Assembly: GCA_964016885.1 (NCBI GenBank)
Contig: OZ024740.1
Span: 216,566,001 to 216,630,000, forward strand
Source: Eledone cirrhosa
Taxonomy: Eukaryota
Length of the DNA stretch: 64,000 bases
Reading direction: 5' to 3'
A model generated the notes under the pieces. That model worked only from the letters and a program-made list of their open reading frames with translations, ran no database searches and was not told the origin of the DNA. This document shows, piece by piece, positions 1 through 13,116 of the stretch (positions within the stretch are counted from its first letter, which is position 1; every line of letters begins with the position of its first letter). The translations under genes were made by a program, and so were the position numbers.

Positions 1-10
1 TATATCTTAC

Positions 11-50
<40 letters not shown>

Positions 51-651
51 AATACAGAGGGAGAGAGAGATTTTATTTTATATAGAAATGAATTCTACAA
101 AAATGCTTATACTCTACTAATATATTGCATACCTTTTTAATCTGTGATGCCCCTCCTCCCATCCCCGACACAAATCAGGAATATATATATATTCACTCAC
201 TCACATATTTATGTGTGAGTGAATATGTATGTGCATATCTTATCCTGATTTTTAGAATGGGTATACCACATCCATGTGTGTCAAAAGACATGACTAAAAG
301 TGGAAGGGTATCTCGCAGTGTAACTGTGTAACGTTACCTTAAAACATCCTTCCCAATCCTTGCCAGCATAGAAAGCATATTCAATATTGATGATGTCATA
401 TATATATATATAGACACATGTAGCAGTTTTATACACACATATGTGTGTGTCTGTGTGTGGTGTAGACCTGTATCTGTATGTCTGTCAGCGTGTGTATGTG
501 TGTACATATTTACGAGTATATACGGTATATCATATTGAAATATTCTGCTTATAGTATAATCGTATATACTTGTGTTGTATTGTTAAAATATTCTACATAT
601 AACATAAGTATACATGTATAACATAGATAACATAAGTATACATGTTCATAC

Positions 652-868
652 TACTGTATATACTTGACAAGAAATATGTGACCAAAAAATTCAATGGTAG
701 AAGTGGGGGTCGGGATTGACTTATTTTGAAGTCAATATTTTGACGATTTTCACCAATGTCAAATTCTATGTAAATATGGTTTGGATTTTTGCCCCCATTT
801 CTCAGACATGAAATAGTGGGGTATGCTTATATTTGGATAGGTCAGTTTATATTTGAGTATATACAGTA
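652..868. mobile_element. Non-autonomous Tc1/mariner (Tc2-like) MITE
   Basis: Terminal inverted repeats TACTGTATATACT (652-664) / AGTATATACAGTA (856-868) with TA at both ends. Related orphan ends at ~511-527 and ~560-573. Confidence 0.6.
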
Positions 869-1354
869 AGTTGGTGGAATGGTCTGCTTATATCATATAT
901 AATACATAATATATAACTTATACCATGTTAGTTAAATCATCAACTTATAACATTCATCATACATAACTCCTCTCACACGTATGTTATTCCTAATTCAGCC
1001 ATTTGCCAATTACTTCACCGTGTCTTATTAAGTGCTCACCTTTCTTCACTGTTATCAATGATAAGTAGTCTTAGAACATTTGATTTCACGCTGTGAAATC
1101 TTTTTATCTTGTCATACCTATAATTAATTCTTGACGACTCCAGTGGTGCTCCAATTCAAATTGTTCTTTTCCATAATAATTATTAAAGCTAGCCATTTGA
1201 TTAGTTTATCCTCAAGTGTCAATTTCAGCTGATTTCTTCATATTTCATGAAATTTTGTAGAATTTACACTGTTGAAATTTTATTTCAAAAACTTTATCCC
1301 ATTCTGATTACAATCAAAAGTTGAAAACAATAGTGCAAGTTCTTATCATCATCA

Positions 1355-1394
<40 letters not shown>

Positions 1395-1592
1395 GGGTGG
1401 TGGTTTAGTAGTATTAGTAGTGCGTCAGTAGTACCAGTTATGGCCCTTTACGTTCTGAGTTTAAATCTGCCGAGGTTAACTTTGTCTTTCATCCTTACGG
1501 GGTTGATAAAATAAAGTACCAGTATTGCTCTTGGGTCGAATAATCGACTTCCCCTCCCCTTCAAATTGCTGGCCTTGTGCCTAAAGTAGAAT
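1395..1592 (+). mobile_element. tRNA-derived SINE, family A
   Basis: B-box-like GAGTTTAAATC, conserved body GAGGTTAACTTTG.CTTTCATCCTTACGGGGT.GATAAAATAAAGTACCAG and 3' GCTGGCCTTGTGCC. About 18 copies in the window. Confidence 0.8.
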
Positions 1593-1858
1593 TCATCATC
1601 ATTATTATTAATATTATTTAGTTATTTCTGCTAAATGGCCAAATGAAAAAAAGTCAATATTATTATTATTATTATCATTATTGACATAAAATGATGATGA
1701 TGACTTTATTGAAGTAATTTGTATTAATGGTAATTATTATATTAATGAGAGATAAGAATGATAACACCAATAATTATAGTAATTAGATGTGTAAGCTAAC
1801 GATATCAGATTTATAACAGAAAAACTACTATATTCTTCTTTATTATTAGCTCTTGATA

Positions 1859-2160
1859 TGGCTGTGGATTTGCAGTAATCGGTAGAGTGTGGACAACATG
1901 CTTTGTAGCATATAGTTATGTTCTTTATGTTCAGACTTCAAATCCCATTGAGGTTAGCTTTGCCTTTCATCCTTAAAATACCAGTAACACACTGGCGTTC
2001 ATTTCCCTCCTCTAGCATTGTTGGCCTTGTGCCAAAATCAAAAACCATTTTTCATCCTTCAGAGGCCAATAAAATATTATAGCAGTCAAGTACCACAGTC
2101 AATTTATTCAACTCTTTCCCCTAAGGTTTTGGCCTTGTATCTCTTTTAGAAACAATTATT
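1859..2160 (+). mobile_element. SINE family A, diverged copy plus a second partial copy
   Basis: Same head, body and 3' motifs as 1395-1592. Body and tail are repeated at ~2050-2160. Confidence 0.65.
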
Positions 2161-2176
2161 TCTACTTCAACATATA

Positions 2177-2360
2177 TTGCTTCTACTTTTTGGCACAAGG
2201 CCAGCAATTACCCAGTACATTACTGGTACTTTATTTTATTGACCCCATAAGGATGAAAGGCAAAGTCAACCTCGGCGGGATTTGAACTCAGATCGTAAAG
2301 GGACGTAACTATGCTGGAAAGCATGTCTGACCCTCTACCAATACTGCCAATTCACCACCC
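2177..2360 (-). mobile_element. SINE family A
   Basis: Reverse complement of the family A consensus (GGCACAAGGCCAGC...ACTGGTACTTTATTTTAT...GGATTTGAACTCAG...ACTGCCAA). Confidence 0.85.
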
Positions 2361-2370
2361 TTTCTAGTCA

Positions 2371-2613
2371 ATAATTGTTTCTACTTTAGGCACAAGGCCA
2401 GCAATTACCCAGGCACAAGGCCAACAATTTTGGAGGAGGGGAAAGTTGATTAAATCGATCCCAGTGCATGACTGGTACTTTATTTTATCGACCCCGTAAG
2501 GATGAAAGGCAAAACCAACCTTAGCGGATTGGATCTCAGAACGTAAAGGGCCGTAACTATGTGCCGTAAAGCATATTGCTTGACGCACTACCGATACTTC
2601 CAATCTACTGCCC
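2371..2613 (-). mobile_element. SINE family A (long form)
   Basis: Reverse-complement copy including the GATTAAATCGA segment, with a duplicated 3' GGCACAAGGCCA. Confidence 0.85.
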
Positions 2614-4206
2614 TTAATAATAGTAATAATTATAATAATGATTTCCTTATTTAATAATGACAATAATAATATGATATATATGAGTAAAGGTAAATATGAT
2701 GTTGTGGTGTTCATGCCTTTCTCATGACTATTTGTGATGTTACTGAAGCGAAATGACTTCAATTGAAAGGTTGAAAAAAAAACTCACTCAACTTCAGTAA
2801 TAATTCTAATGCTTTTTTTTATGTATTTCTTTTATTATTTAATAAAAAAAATAAAAAAAAAGACTGGCAGTGCCCATGTCTATTTTAGGGTCTCCCTGAC
2901 TGGTTGCAGAGAATGTTGAAGGTATTCTCAAACTGGAGATCTAATCTAAATACTTTCTTCAATAGAGTGGACTCCTCTAAAAGCAGCTAAGGACCAGGTG
3001 GTGATGTTAAACTGGGCAACATAATTAATCTATCACTCAAGCCATAGTGGGATTTGAACTCATAACACAAGAGTTGAAACAAATACTACAACATATCCTT
3101 TCCAGTACTCTAACAAGTCCATTCACCCACTTCCCTTCACTGGTTTTTTATTTTGTTTACTGTGAAAGATAAATTAACTTTGCTGGGTTTTGAACTCAGA
3201 GTGTAGAGAGCCAGAAAAAAATACTGTTAGCTATTGTGTCCTACACTTGAATACATTTGTTAGTTTGCCACCATTCATAGTACTAAATAATAATAAGTTT
3301 AATAATACAAATATTTATGATAATGATGACTGTACTAATATGGTTAAGTTTAATAATACTAATAATGATGATAATGCTAATAACAATGTTAAGTTTTATA
3401 TTGTTAATAGTAGTTCTATATACAATTACAGTTATGTAATATTGTAATATCGTTGATAATGGTTGTTGTAATACACTAACAAAGTTATTTAGTGATGGTA
3501 ATAATGTTATCAGTAAGATAATCCTCCTCAAAATAATAGAGTTATATTTCTTTGTTCTATTCACATCAAACATAAAGAAAGGGTGCCCTCTTAGGTGTTG
3601 CTACCTTCATAGCTTACATTATTTTAAATACATAGAGTAATTTATATAGGATTTATAGGAAACTGTTGACCAAAGAATATAAATGAAATTAATAATTGGT
3701 AAGATGATAATTTTTGAAATGTTTTGGTATCATCTGATGTTTCTTGGTCTTGTGATTTCTACCATCATCAATATTTATATTAACTTAGCCAGTCTCTGTA
3801 GAATGTTCATCTCTATCAAGATACATTTCCAGCTCAATTGTGATTGCAATTCTAATTATTTACCTAAACTTCTATTTGCATTGAAACTTATTTGATAAAC
3901 TTATATGAATATTAATATTATTTAATTTTGATTTTTCAGTTCCAATAATTGAATTGCTAGTTTTTATTTATCAAATGATATTGGTATTTCTATGGTTTCA
4001 AGTTTGCCAGTCTATACTGTTACCATCTTATTGCACCCCCTCTGTTGAGATGGACTCTTCTCACTTAGATATATGGCTATGTTTGTTTTATTAATTTTTT
4101 CTAGAGAAGGGGATGTAGTGGGTTCGATCAACTGAAATATACGAGTTACTGATGTTTCATTACCACCTCCAAAACAACGAAGCTGTTTCAAATAATAATA
4201 ATAATA

Positions 4207-4399
4207 ATAATTGTTTCTACTTTTGGCACAAGCCCAGCAATTATCCCAGTGCATTACTGGTACTTTATTTTATCGACCCCGTAACGATGAAAGGCAAAGT
4301 TAACCTCGGCGGGATTTGAACTCAGATTGTAAAGGCCCATAACTCCATGCTGCAAAGTATGGCATCTGACCCTCTAATGATACTGCCAATCCACCGCCC
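4207..4399 (-). mobile_element. SINE family A
   Basis: Full reverse-complement copy flanked on both sides by (AAT)n. Confidence 0.85.
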
Positions 4400-4419
4400 T
4401 AATAATAATAATAATAATG

Positions 4420-4770
4420 AAAAGTATTGTGTACAGTGCTCAGGTGCACAACTCATCCAAGGTGCATGTATAGTACATAGAATAATGTACATATGTCAGG
4501 AAAGTGAACAGTGTATGGGTCATGATATACTCACTGACACACACACGTGTGTGCATGTGTATGGAGAGGGAATATCAGGTGTAGTGTTGACGAAGTATGG
4601 AAGTTATGAAGGATGCAGTGTCCTGACAACTAACAACTAATGCAGGTAGTTTGTTCCATGCTTCAACAACTCTGAGCATGAAAATATGTTTTCAAAAGTC
4701 ATGGGAGCTGTGCTATTTTCTGATTTTGTAAGCATATCCATGGGTGTTAGACTTATGGAATTCAAACTGA
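4420..4770 (-). mobile_element. CR1-clade LINE 3' fragment
   Basis: Minus strand reads KHIFMLRVVEAWNKLPALVVS, matching the CR1/L2 RT C-terminal motif FF..RVV..WN.LP..VV. It is followed by a 3' UTR (TGCACCTGAGCACTG) and a (TTA)n tail. The same 3' end recurs at ~8760-8800 and ~13960-14130. Confidence 0.7.
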
Positions 4771-5226
4771 AATATATGGGTTACTGATATTTCACTTGCC
4801 ACCTCCAAAGTAATGTTGTGAGGAATATCCACTACTTAAACATTTGTACAAACATACATGATTGTCAGATCAGTTTCATATAAAACATCCTAACAATGGA
4901 AAGTGTACTAGTATTTACTTATTCAATAATGTAACCCTTTTTTTTATTACCTAATTTCAAATGAAAGCCTCTGCCTAGAATTTTTTTTAGATGTTCAAAA
5001 TAATAAAGAATTTGGAAAGATTATATAATTTTCATTATTAAGTTGGTGTTTGAAGAATATCTTTTAAAAAATTGTTACATATCAAAGGGTTTTAAGATAA
5101 ATATGAACATTTTAAAATGAGCATTTTATCAAAAAGGTTAAGATGATATTCAGTAGAATTCTTACTTTTAAAAATTAAAACAAGTAACAAGCCACCCTAA
5201 TTAGAAAAACAATTACATAAATATAT

Positions 5227-5330
5227 AATTGTTTCTACTTTGGGCACAAGGCCAGCATTTACCCAGTACATTACTGGTACTTTATTTTATCGACCCTGTA
5301 AGGCAAAGTTAACCTCAGCGGGATTTGAAT
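5227..5330 (-). mobile_element. SINE family A, 5'-truncated
   Basis: Reverse-complement body and tail, broken off at GGATTTGAA where a palindrome begins. Confidence 0.75.
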
Positions 5331-5355
5331 TATGCTACTTTTCAGAATTACATGT

Positions 5356-5401
<46 letters not shown>

Positions 5402-5431
5402 GCATGTAATTCTGAAAAGTAGCATAATTCA
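5326..5431. repeat. 106-bp near-perfect palindrome centred on (TA)n
   Basis: TGAATTATGCTACTTTTCAGAATTACATGTTATT-(AT)n-AATAGCATGTAATTCTGAAAAGTAGCATAATTCA, with a single G.T mismatch. Confidence 0.9.
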
Positions 5432-5747
5432 CTGCTCATAGATGTATTGTTTCTGATAATAAAACTACATTTTTATACTGATTCCATCTCACAAGCCCTC
5501 TTCCCCCAGCTGTTTTGAGTATGGTAGTTACAATAATATACTTGGAGATAGTCATAGGTGCAAAGTTTTCAGTTGCCTACCATTCTTATTAATTAAGGTG
5601 GAGGTGCCAAAGGTTTTTTTTGCCTCCCAATGCTGAAAGCCCTGGCTGTGCTACTGAAATAGGTTTACATCAATTCATGTTTACTGTATGTTATACAATT
5701 GAATGTAAACAAATATACTTAGGTTAAATTCATGTATATTAAACAAG

Positions 5748-5965
5748 TGATGGTGTGTGGCCTAGTGGTTAGGGAATTGGATTCACAATTGTGAGGTTAC
5801 AAGTTCAATTCCAGGACTGGGCAATGCATTACGTCCTTGAGCAAGACACTTTATTACACATTGTTCCTTCTGCCAGGAGTTATGACTAGTAGATGGTATT
5901 AGCAATGAAAAGATGTGTTTCACCTCATTTGGAAAGTGAATGAGGTCTGGGATTTTGTTGATCAA
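5748..5965 (+). mobile_element. tRNA-derived SINE, family B
   Basis: A box TGGCCTAGTGG and B box GTTCAATTCC, then CCTTGAGCAAGACACTTTATT. Homologous copies at ~21130-21345 (-), ~23170-23370 (+) and ~32308-32450 (+). Confidence 0.75.
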
Positions 5966-6129
5966 TATTAATAAATTACAATCAGGTGTTTTTTTTTTTA
6001 TTGTTTAGTCAGAGTGGTAAGGGCAGTGCTCATGGTCCTTTCTGGGGTCTCCCTGGCTGATGACATGCAGGGAGGAAGATATCAACAAACCAGAAATCTG
6101 GTCCAAATGCTTGCAACAGAGTGGGCACT

Positions 6130-6462
6130 GTTAAAGTCACCCAATGACCAGACAGTGTTGTTGGCTGTTGTGGACTCAGTTAAAGTCAGCCAAGGACCAG
6201 ACAGTATTGTTGGTTGTTGTGGACTCAGTTAAAGTCACCCAATGACCAGACAGTATTGTTGGCTGTTGTGGACTCAGTTAAAGTCACCCAATGACCAGAC
6301 AGTATTGTTGGTTGTTGTGGACTCAGTTAAAGTCACCCAGTGACCAGACAATATTGTTGGTTGTTGTGGACACAGTTAAAGTCAGCCAAGGACCAGGCAG
6401 TATTGTTGGTTATTGTGGACTCAGTTAAAGTCACCCAATGACCAGACAGTATCGCTGGCTGT
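6130..6462. repeat. Minisatellite, 49-bp unit, ~6.7 copies
   Basis: Unit GTTAAAGTCACCCAATGACCAGACAGTATTGTTGGCTGTTGTGGACTCA. Confidence 0.92.
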
Positions 6463-7036
6463 TAGCAGATTGGGTCTGCTATCTAAGCTAATTTTATCAC
6501 TATCAAAATTATTACCCAAATTAAGTTCATTGCTCCAGTTACGTCTACCACCCAATTAAAAATCATAGGATTTACATCATGAAACGAACCTGCTTTATAA
6601 TCAACACCTAATAATTAGTTGTTTATCAACTTCATCATTTTATGATCACATTTTACATTTGTTCATTCTAACAACTAACCATTACTTATAAATAAAGAAA
6701 AGTTTGTTTGTGTGTGTTCAGTGAATGTGTTATTGTTCAAAAGTAAACTATCAAAGTATGACTAATTAATATTGAGAATATTTCTGTTCTGGTAATTTAC
6801 TTCATTATTTACTTGACATATTAACTTAAATGTGGTTATATAAATATCCTCATTTAACAGCTTTCTTCTCTCAAACCGGTTTTATAATGCTATTGACATT
6901 TCCCCGCCTCCAATTAGTTGGATAATTATTAAAAATATATAGTTTTGTTGTCATGAATATATATTATAGTAAATATATTTGTAGATGTAAGAATATATTT
7001 TGTTGTGGTTAATGGTTGAACAGAGACAATGTAGGC

Positions 7037-8002
7037 TTGAGTGAACTCTGACAGCTTCACTAGCATTGGTTGAGTGGACCTTGACAGCTTCACTAGTACT
7101 GGTTAGGTGAACTCTGACAGCTTCACTGGTACTGGTTTAGTGAACCTTGACAGCTTCACTAGTACTAGTTGAGTGAACCTTGACAGCTTCACTAGTACTT
7201 GTTGAGTGAACCTTGTCAGCTTCACTGGGACTGGTTGAGTGAACCTTGACAGCTTCACTAGTACTGGTTGAGTGAACCTTGACAGCTTCACTAGTACTGG
7301 TTGAGTGAACCTTGACAGCTTCACTAGTACTGGTTGAGTGAACCATGACAGTTTCACTAGTACTGATTGAGTGAACCATGACGGCTTCACTAATACTGGT
7401 TGAGTGAACCTTGACAGTTTCACATGTACTGGTTGAGTGAACTCTGATAGCTTCACTGGTACTAGTTGAGTGAACCATGACAGCTTCACTAGTACTGGTT
7501 GAGTGAACCTTGACAGCTTCACTAGTGCTGGTTGAGTGAACCTTGACAGCTTCACTAGTACTGGTTGAGGGAACTTTGACAGCTTCATTGGTACTGGTTG
7601 AGTGAACTATGATAGCTTCACTAGTATTGGTTGAGTGAGCTCTAACAGCTTCACTAGTATTGGTTGAGTGAGCTCTAACAGCTTCACTAGTATTGGTTGA
7701 GTGGACCATGACAGTGTCACTAGTATTGGTTGAGTGAACCTTGACAGTTTCACTAGTATTGGTTGAGTGAACCTTGACAGCTTCACTGGTATTGGTTGAG
7801 TGAACCTTGACAGCTTCAGTGGTATTGGTTGAGTGAACCTTGACAGCTTCAGTGGTATTGGTTGAGTGAACCTTGACAGCTTCAGTGGTATTGGTTGAGT
7901 GAACCTTGACAGCTTCACTAGTACTGGTTGAGTGAACCTTGACAGCTTCACTGGTATTAGTTGAGTGAACCTTGGCAGCTTCACTGGTACTGGTTGAGTG
8001 AA
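7037..8002. repeat. Minisatellite, 33-bp unit, ~29 copies
   Basis: Unit GGTTGAGTGAACCTTGACAGCTTCACTAGTACT. It explains the repetitive ORFs at 7103-8042. Confidence 0.95.
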
Positions 8003-8451
8003 ACCAGTACACTATGTTAGTGGTTGGTATTAGGAAGGGCATTCAATTGTAGAAACCGTGCCAAGGAATTTCTGAATAAGATGAAGTCATCTAACTATAT
8101 AAGAAGGTAGTAACCTCAAATAAGAACTGACACAGGCCATGACAGCACATCCAACCCATGCTAGCATTGAAAGTAACCGTAAAAACGGTGATGATGGTGG
8201 TTTGGGAGGATGATGGTAGTGGTAGTGGCGATGATGAAGGTGATGATGATTTTTAACTGTTTTATGAAACTATTTTAAATTTTAATGAAACTTAACTGAT
8301 TTCTATTTTCTCTACCAAGAACTTATGTATTAATAAAGATGTTTCTTGTGAGGAGAGGAAAAGCCTGATATTTCAGGTGGAGGCCCTGTATGGAGCAGGG
8401 TTTCATTTACATTATAATCTTCATCAGTATAAAATATTATTTCTTGGATTG

Positions 8452-8665
8452 GCAGTGGATTGGTAGAGTGATGAACAACATGCCTTTGTGACATATAGTT
8501 AAAGCCCTTTATGTTCTGAGTTCTAATCCTGCCAAGGTTAGCTTTGCTTTTCATCCTTCATTGGAGTCAATAAAATAAAGTAGCAGTAATGCACTGGGGT
8601 CGATTTAATCAACTTTCCCCTTCCCTTCAAATTGCTGGCCTTGTACCAAATGTAAAAACAATTAT
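8452..8665 (+). mobile_element. SINE family A
   Basis: Head, body and tail match family A. Confidence 0.8.
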
Positions 8666-8820
8666 TTCTATTTCATAAGTTTCATGTTAGATGGATTAAT
8701 GTGTATGTGTGTTTGTGTATATAGTAGTATATATTCTGTATATATATATATATATATAGTAGTGCACCTGAGCACTATACACAATAATGTTCATTATCAT
8801 TATTGTTATGGTGGTGGTTA

Positions 8821-9012
8821 GGGTGGTGGTTTGGCAGTATCGGTAGAGGGTCGGACAACATGCTTTGTAGTGCAGAGTTACGCCCCTTTCTGATCTGAGT
8901 TCAAATCCTGCCGAGGTTAACTTTGCCTTTCACCCTTACGGGGTTGATAAAATAAAGTACCAGTAATGCACTGAGTAATTGCTGGCCTTGTGCCAAAAGT
9001 AGAAACAATTAT
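8821..9012 (+). mobile_element. SINE family A (short form)
   Basis: GGTTTGGCAGTATCGGTAGAG...GAGTTCAAATCC...GCCTTGTGCCAAAAGTAGAAACAATTA. Confidence 0.85.
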
Positions 9013-9154
9013 CATTATTGTTATTATTATTATATATTATATATGTATATATGTATATAATATTATATATTATTATATATGTATATATATATATATTGAT
9101 GTGTATATATATATATATGTGTGTGTGTGTATATATATAGATGTATATTAATAT

Positions 9155-10248
9155 GGACATAATATGGGTGCATAAAAGATGTAGTGGGATCACAGGTAAG
9201 CTAACCAAGAACATAGATTTTATATGTGGCCAATGCTCAGGTGCAATGAGTAGTACCAAGTGCCCACAGGATACTAGCTCCTTCCATTGCCCAGATGGTT
9301 CTATAGAAATAATAGACACCTTCCGTTATCTGGGTGACAAAATCAGCAGTGGGGGAGGGTGCTCTGAAAGTACAGTAGCTAGAGTCAGAACGGGATGGAA
9401 AAAGTTCAGAGAGCTTATACTACTATTGGCTGCTAAAGGTTTCTCCCTAAAAATGAAAGGCAGACTGTATGATGCCTGCATACGAACAGCAATGTTACAT
9501 GGCAGTGAGACATGGGCATTGTGTGCAGAGGATCTGCGCAGACTGGAGAGGAACGAAGCTTGCATACTCCGTTGGATGTGTAATAGTAATATATGTGAAC
9601 GGCAAAGCATAAATGAACTAAGTGAGAAATTAGGAATAAGAGAGCTCAGATGCTGTTTACTCGAGAGAAGACTATGTTGGTATGGTCACGTGGTGTGTAT
9701 GAAAGATGACTGCTGTATAAAAAAGTGCAGGGCGATTAAAATAGACGGAAGCTACGGAGTAGGTAGACCCAGAAAAACCTGGAACAATTTGATAAATTTC
9801 GACCTTACACACTTACACCTCTCCAAGACAATGTCATTGGACCAAGATCTTTGGCACTACACAGTAATACAGAAGACCCGCCTTGCCTAAGTACAAAGCG
9901 AAACCTACACTCAGTAGGCACCTCCTAACCAAAAATACACCCCCATCTACACCTAAAGTTATGTTGGTGCCACAACATCCAGTCCTAAATAAACGAGGTC
10001 GTGTAGGTGTCACGACAAAAAAACACACAGTCCACGCTGTAATGTGGCCGTGTAGGTAACACGGTAAAAACCTCCCAGTCCACACTGTAAACGTGGTTGG
10101 TGTTAGAGGAGGGCATCCAGCTGTAGAAAACCCGCCAGGCAGTCCTATATGAACAAGACAACCAATCTTGCCTCACGTGGGACAATTCCCGTCTAAACCC
10201 ATGCTAGCATGGAAGATAGACGCTAAACGACAATGATGATGATGATGG
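9155..10248 (+). mobile_element. RTE-clade LINE, 5'-truncated (RT C-terminus, 3' UTR, (GAT)n tail)
   Basis: ORF 9141-9890 has FRYLG, LHGSETW, RRL.WYGHV and GRPRKTW motifs typical of the RTE ORF C-terminus. The 3' end reads AACCCATGCTAGCATGG...(GAT)n. Confidence 0.9.
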
Positions 10249-12649
10249 TGGTAAAGAGAGTAAAGAGCTTTCATATAATACCATATATTTGAAGTTTAAT
10301 TTGACTTTTAAATTAAGTTAATAAATTAAGTAGCAGTAATACATTGGGTTTAATTCATCTTTACAATACTCTCGATCTCTTTGTTTTTAATTAAAAGAAA
10401 TATATTTTATTTCTAAAAATTATTTACAATATATATTGTTACACTGAATTATATTAAAGATATATATTTACTTTAAAATATTATTTCTTTTAAAATGTTA
10501 CTTATATTTATTTGATAATAACTGAAGAAGAGCAAGCAAACAAGAATAAAAAGAACAACAACAACAACTTCATTTAATGACAACTGCCAAAATAAGTTTA
10601 AAGCCAATATATTTTGTTAACCAATACTTGAATCAATATTGACAATGAATAATTCATGAAAATTGACGAATTTTTTCTTTTGTGAAATATCAGCAAATTA
10701 AGTATTATAGATCCTACTGTATCATCTAATTGAAAAATAGTAGAGTTTATTGTTGTTGTTCTTTTTAATCTTTCATCATGGTAAATGAAGGGAAGTGATA
10801 ATAGTTTAATAGTTTTATGTTGTCAGTTTTGTTATAAGAGAAAACCTATTTCTTTAACTTTTCTTTTGAACGTTAATCTATAGAACGAAAACAGTTTTTA
10901 TGCCCAACACTTTCAAACTAAAACATATTTTTCTTTTTCTTTTTCTTACTTTACGAAATAAACATACATCAGAGATATATCTTGTGATTTGAAAAGGCAG
11001 TGTTTCATAACGAGGAAAATAATAGTAATTATTATGGTACTAATCATAAAAATCTGATAATATCAAGACCTCATAATCTACTGGATAATTACATCATGAA
11101 ATTTGATTTCATTTAATTTCTCTCTTTCCATCCATTATTCATTGTCAAGTTTCAACTTATAGCTTCTCGATGCTATTTTCCTCATCTCATTACAATTTGT
11201 GTACCGTGTTTCTCTTATAATAACTTGATATTTAATGATAGGGAAATGAATTTTTTATCACTTAAATAAATTTACTATCTTGTATCAAGATTGCAGCAAA
11301 TGTCTAGAACTTCTTATCTTTTGTCTGGTGGGGTTGTCATGTCATCTCTGTTGTTCACTGATTATATTTTGAAAAGTCAATGAAGTGTACAGAGCTGATG
11401 CTTCCATCTCCTCCCCACCCTCAACTCATTGGTAGATCTGATGGAAACTGATATGATTATAATGACATATGCATAATTTTCCAACAAAAAAAATGAACAA
11501 AAGAAAAAACATGAATGTTATATATATATATATATATATATCTATATCTATATATATATATATATATATGCACATACATATATATACTTATTAATATTAT
11601 ATTTATATATATATATATGTGAGAATGTGTATTTGTGTTTGTGAGATAAGGCTGTGTGTTTGAATATAAATATAAATTCATAGAATTATATGTATATGAG
11701 ACTAAAATACTTAACAAATTGAGGGGAAATATGATTGGAAAGGTTTAGGAGTAGTGTGAGGGCTTATGTGACTATCGAATATATTTTTCTTATTTCAAAT
11801 TCTAAAAGTATATGTGTTCTATTGTCCACGAAATATTACAGGAATTGTTATATTTAGAATAATCTATTTTTCATTACATTTTTTCCCTTCTATTCTTTCC
11901 AGAAGATGAGAGATATAAGTTTTAAAATTTTTTCTTTTTTTTAGATGTTTTTTCTTTTCTCTTTTTTTCTTTCACTTCTCTTTATATTTGGTAATATTTA
12001 ATATTAATCTAATTACAATTTTTACTAAATCAACTGAATAATGCTTATTCTAAATATTATATTTATTGAAATAATAATTTTAATAATCTTTTTTTAAAAA
12101 GAAAATGAACAAATTATGGTTATATTTTAATGTATAAAAAATTGGAGCCAAAAGAAAATATTTGTATGTTAGGTAGTTAGGTTATTAGAATGTAAAGTTT
12201 ATCATTGTAAATATACTATCATCACTGTCATCATTGTCATCATCATCAGTTTTATTACTATTTTCCATTGCTAACAGAGTTTGGATGGGTCTGTAAACAA
12301 CATTCTGCCATAAGTCATCAGTCTCTTCTCTGTTGATTCTGGTAATACACTTTTATTTGGGGTTACAGGGAGTTTTATTATTGGATACCCTTCTTATCAT
12401 ACTGTGTTTATCATGACACAAGTATTAGAATATTTACATAGTTACACACACACATCATCTATGTTGGTATGGGTTGAAAGGGTCTATTCAAGCACAGCAT
12501 CTTAATACATATCACAGAGTGTCTTCTGTTAAGGTTCAGCTGTCTGGGATCAAGCCTTCCCACTTCCTCCCAAATCTTCCTGGGTCTTCCTTTTCCTCAG
12601 ACAAGTTCCATTTGCACTGTTTGACACTTTTTTACCCAACTATTATCCT

Positions 12650-12972
12650 TTATCCCTTTAGTTACCAACCAGGTCAAACCTGGCTCTTGTTCTAAGAAAT
12701 AAAGCCATCCATTTTAACCTTTTAGTTACCAACCAGGCCAAACCTGGCTCTGGTTCTAAGAAATAAAGCCATCCATTTTAACCCTTTAGTTACCAACCAG
12801 GTCAAAACTGGCTCTTGTTCTAAGAAATAAAGCCATCCATTTTAACCCTTTAGTTACCAACCAGGCCAAACCTGGCTCTGGTTCTAAGAAATAAAGCAAT
12901 CCATTTTAACCCTTTATTTACCAACCAGGTCAAACCTGGCTCTGGTTCTATGAATTGAAACCATCCATTTTA
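12650..12972. repeat. 64-bp tandem repeat (~5 copies) of a TTAA-CCCTTT MITE left end
   Basis: Unit TTTTAACCCTTTAGTTACCAACCAGGTCAAACCTGGCTCTTGTTCTAAGAAATAAAGCCATCCA. The rest of the element continues to ~13143. Confidence 0.85.
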
Positions 12973-13116
12973 AAGGTTTCAAATTTAAATTAAAATCTTC
13001 CAACAATTTTATATAAGAACCTTACATTAAGTTACTGTCTTAGTAATGATATAATTAATAATTTTAGTAAATCCCTCAAAATTGTTCATTAATTAATTGA
13101 AATAGAGTGTATTTCA

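Noticed and set aside
5748-5825. tRNA gene (A and B boxes; also at ~23175 and ~32310)
   Set aside because: The cloverleaf is imperfect and it continues into a shared SINE body, so it is a SINE head.
6130-6462. Repeat-spacer array
   Set aside because: The whole 49-bp unit is repeated, so there are no variable spacers.
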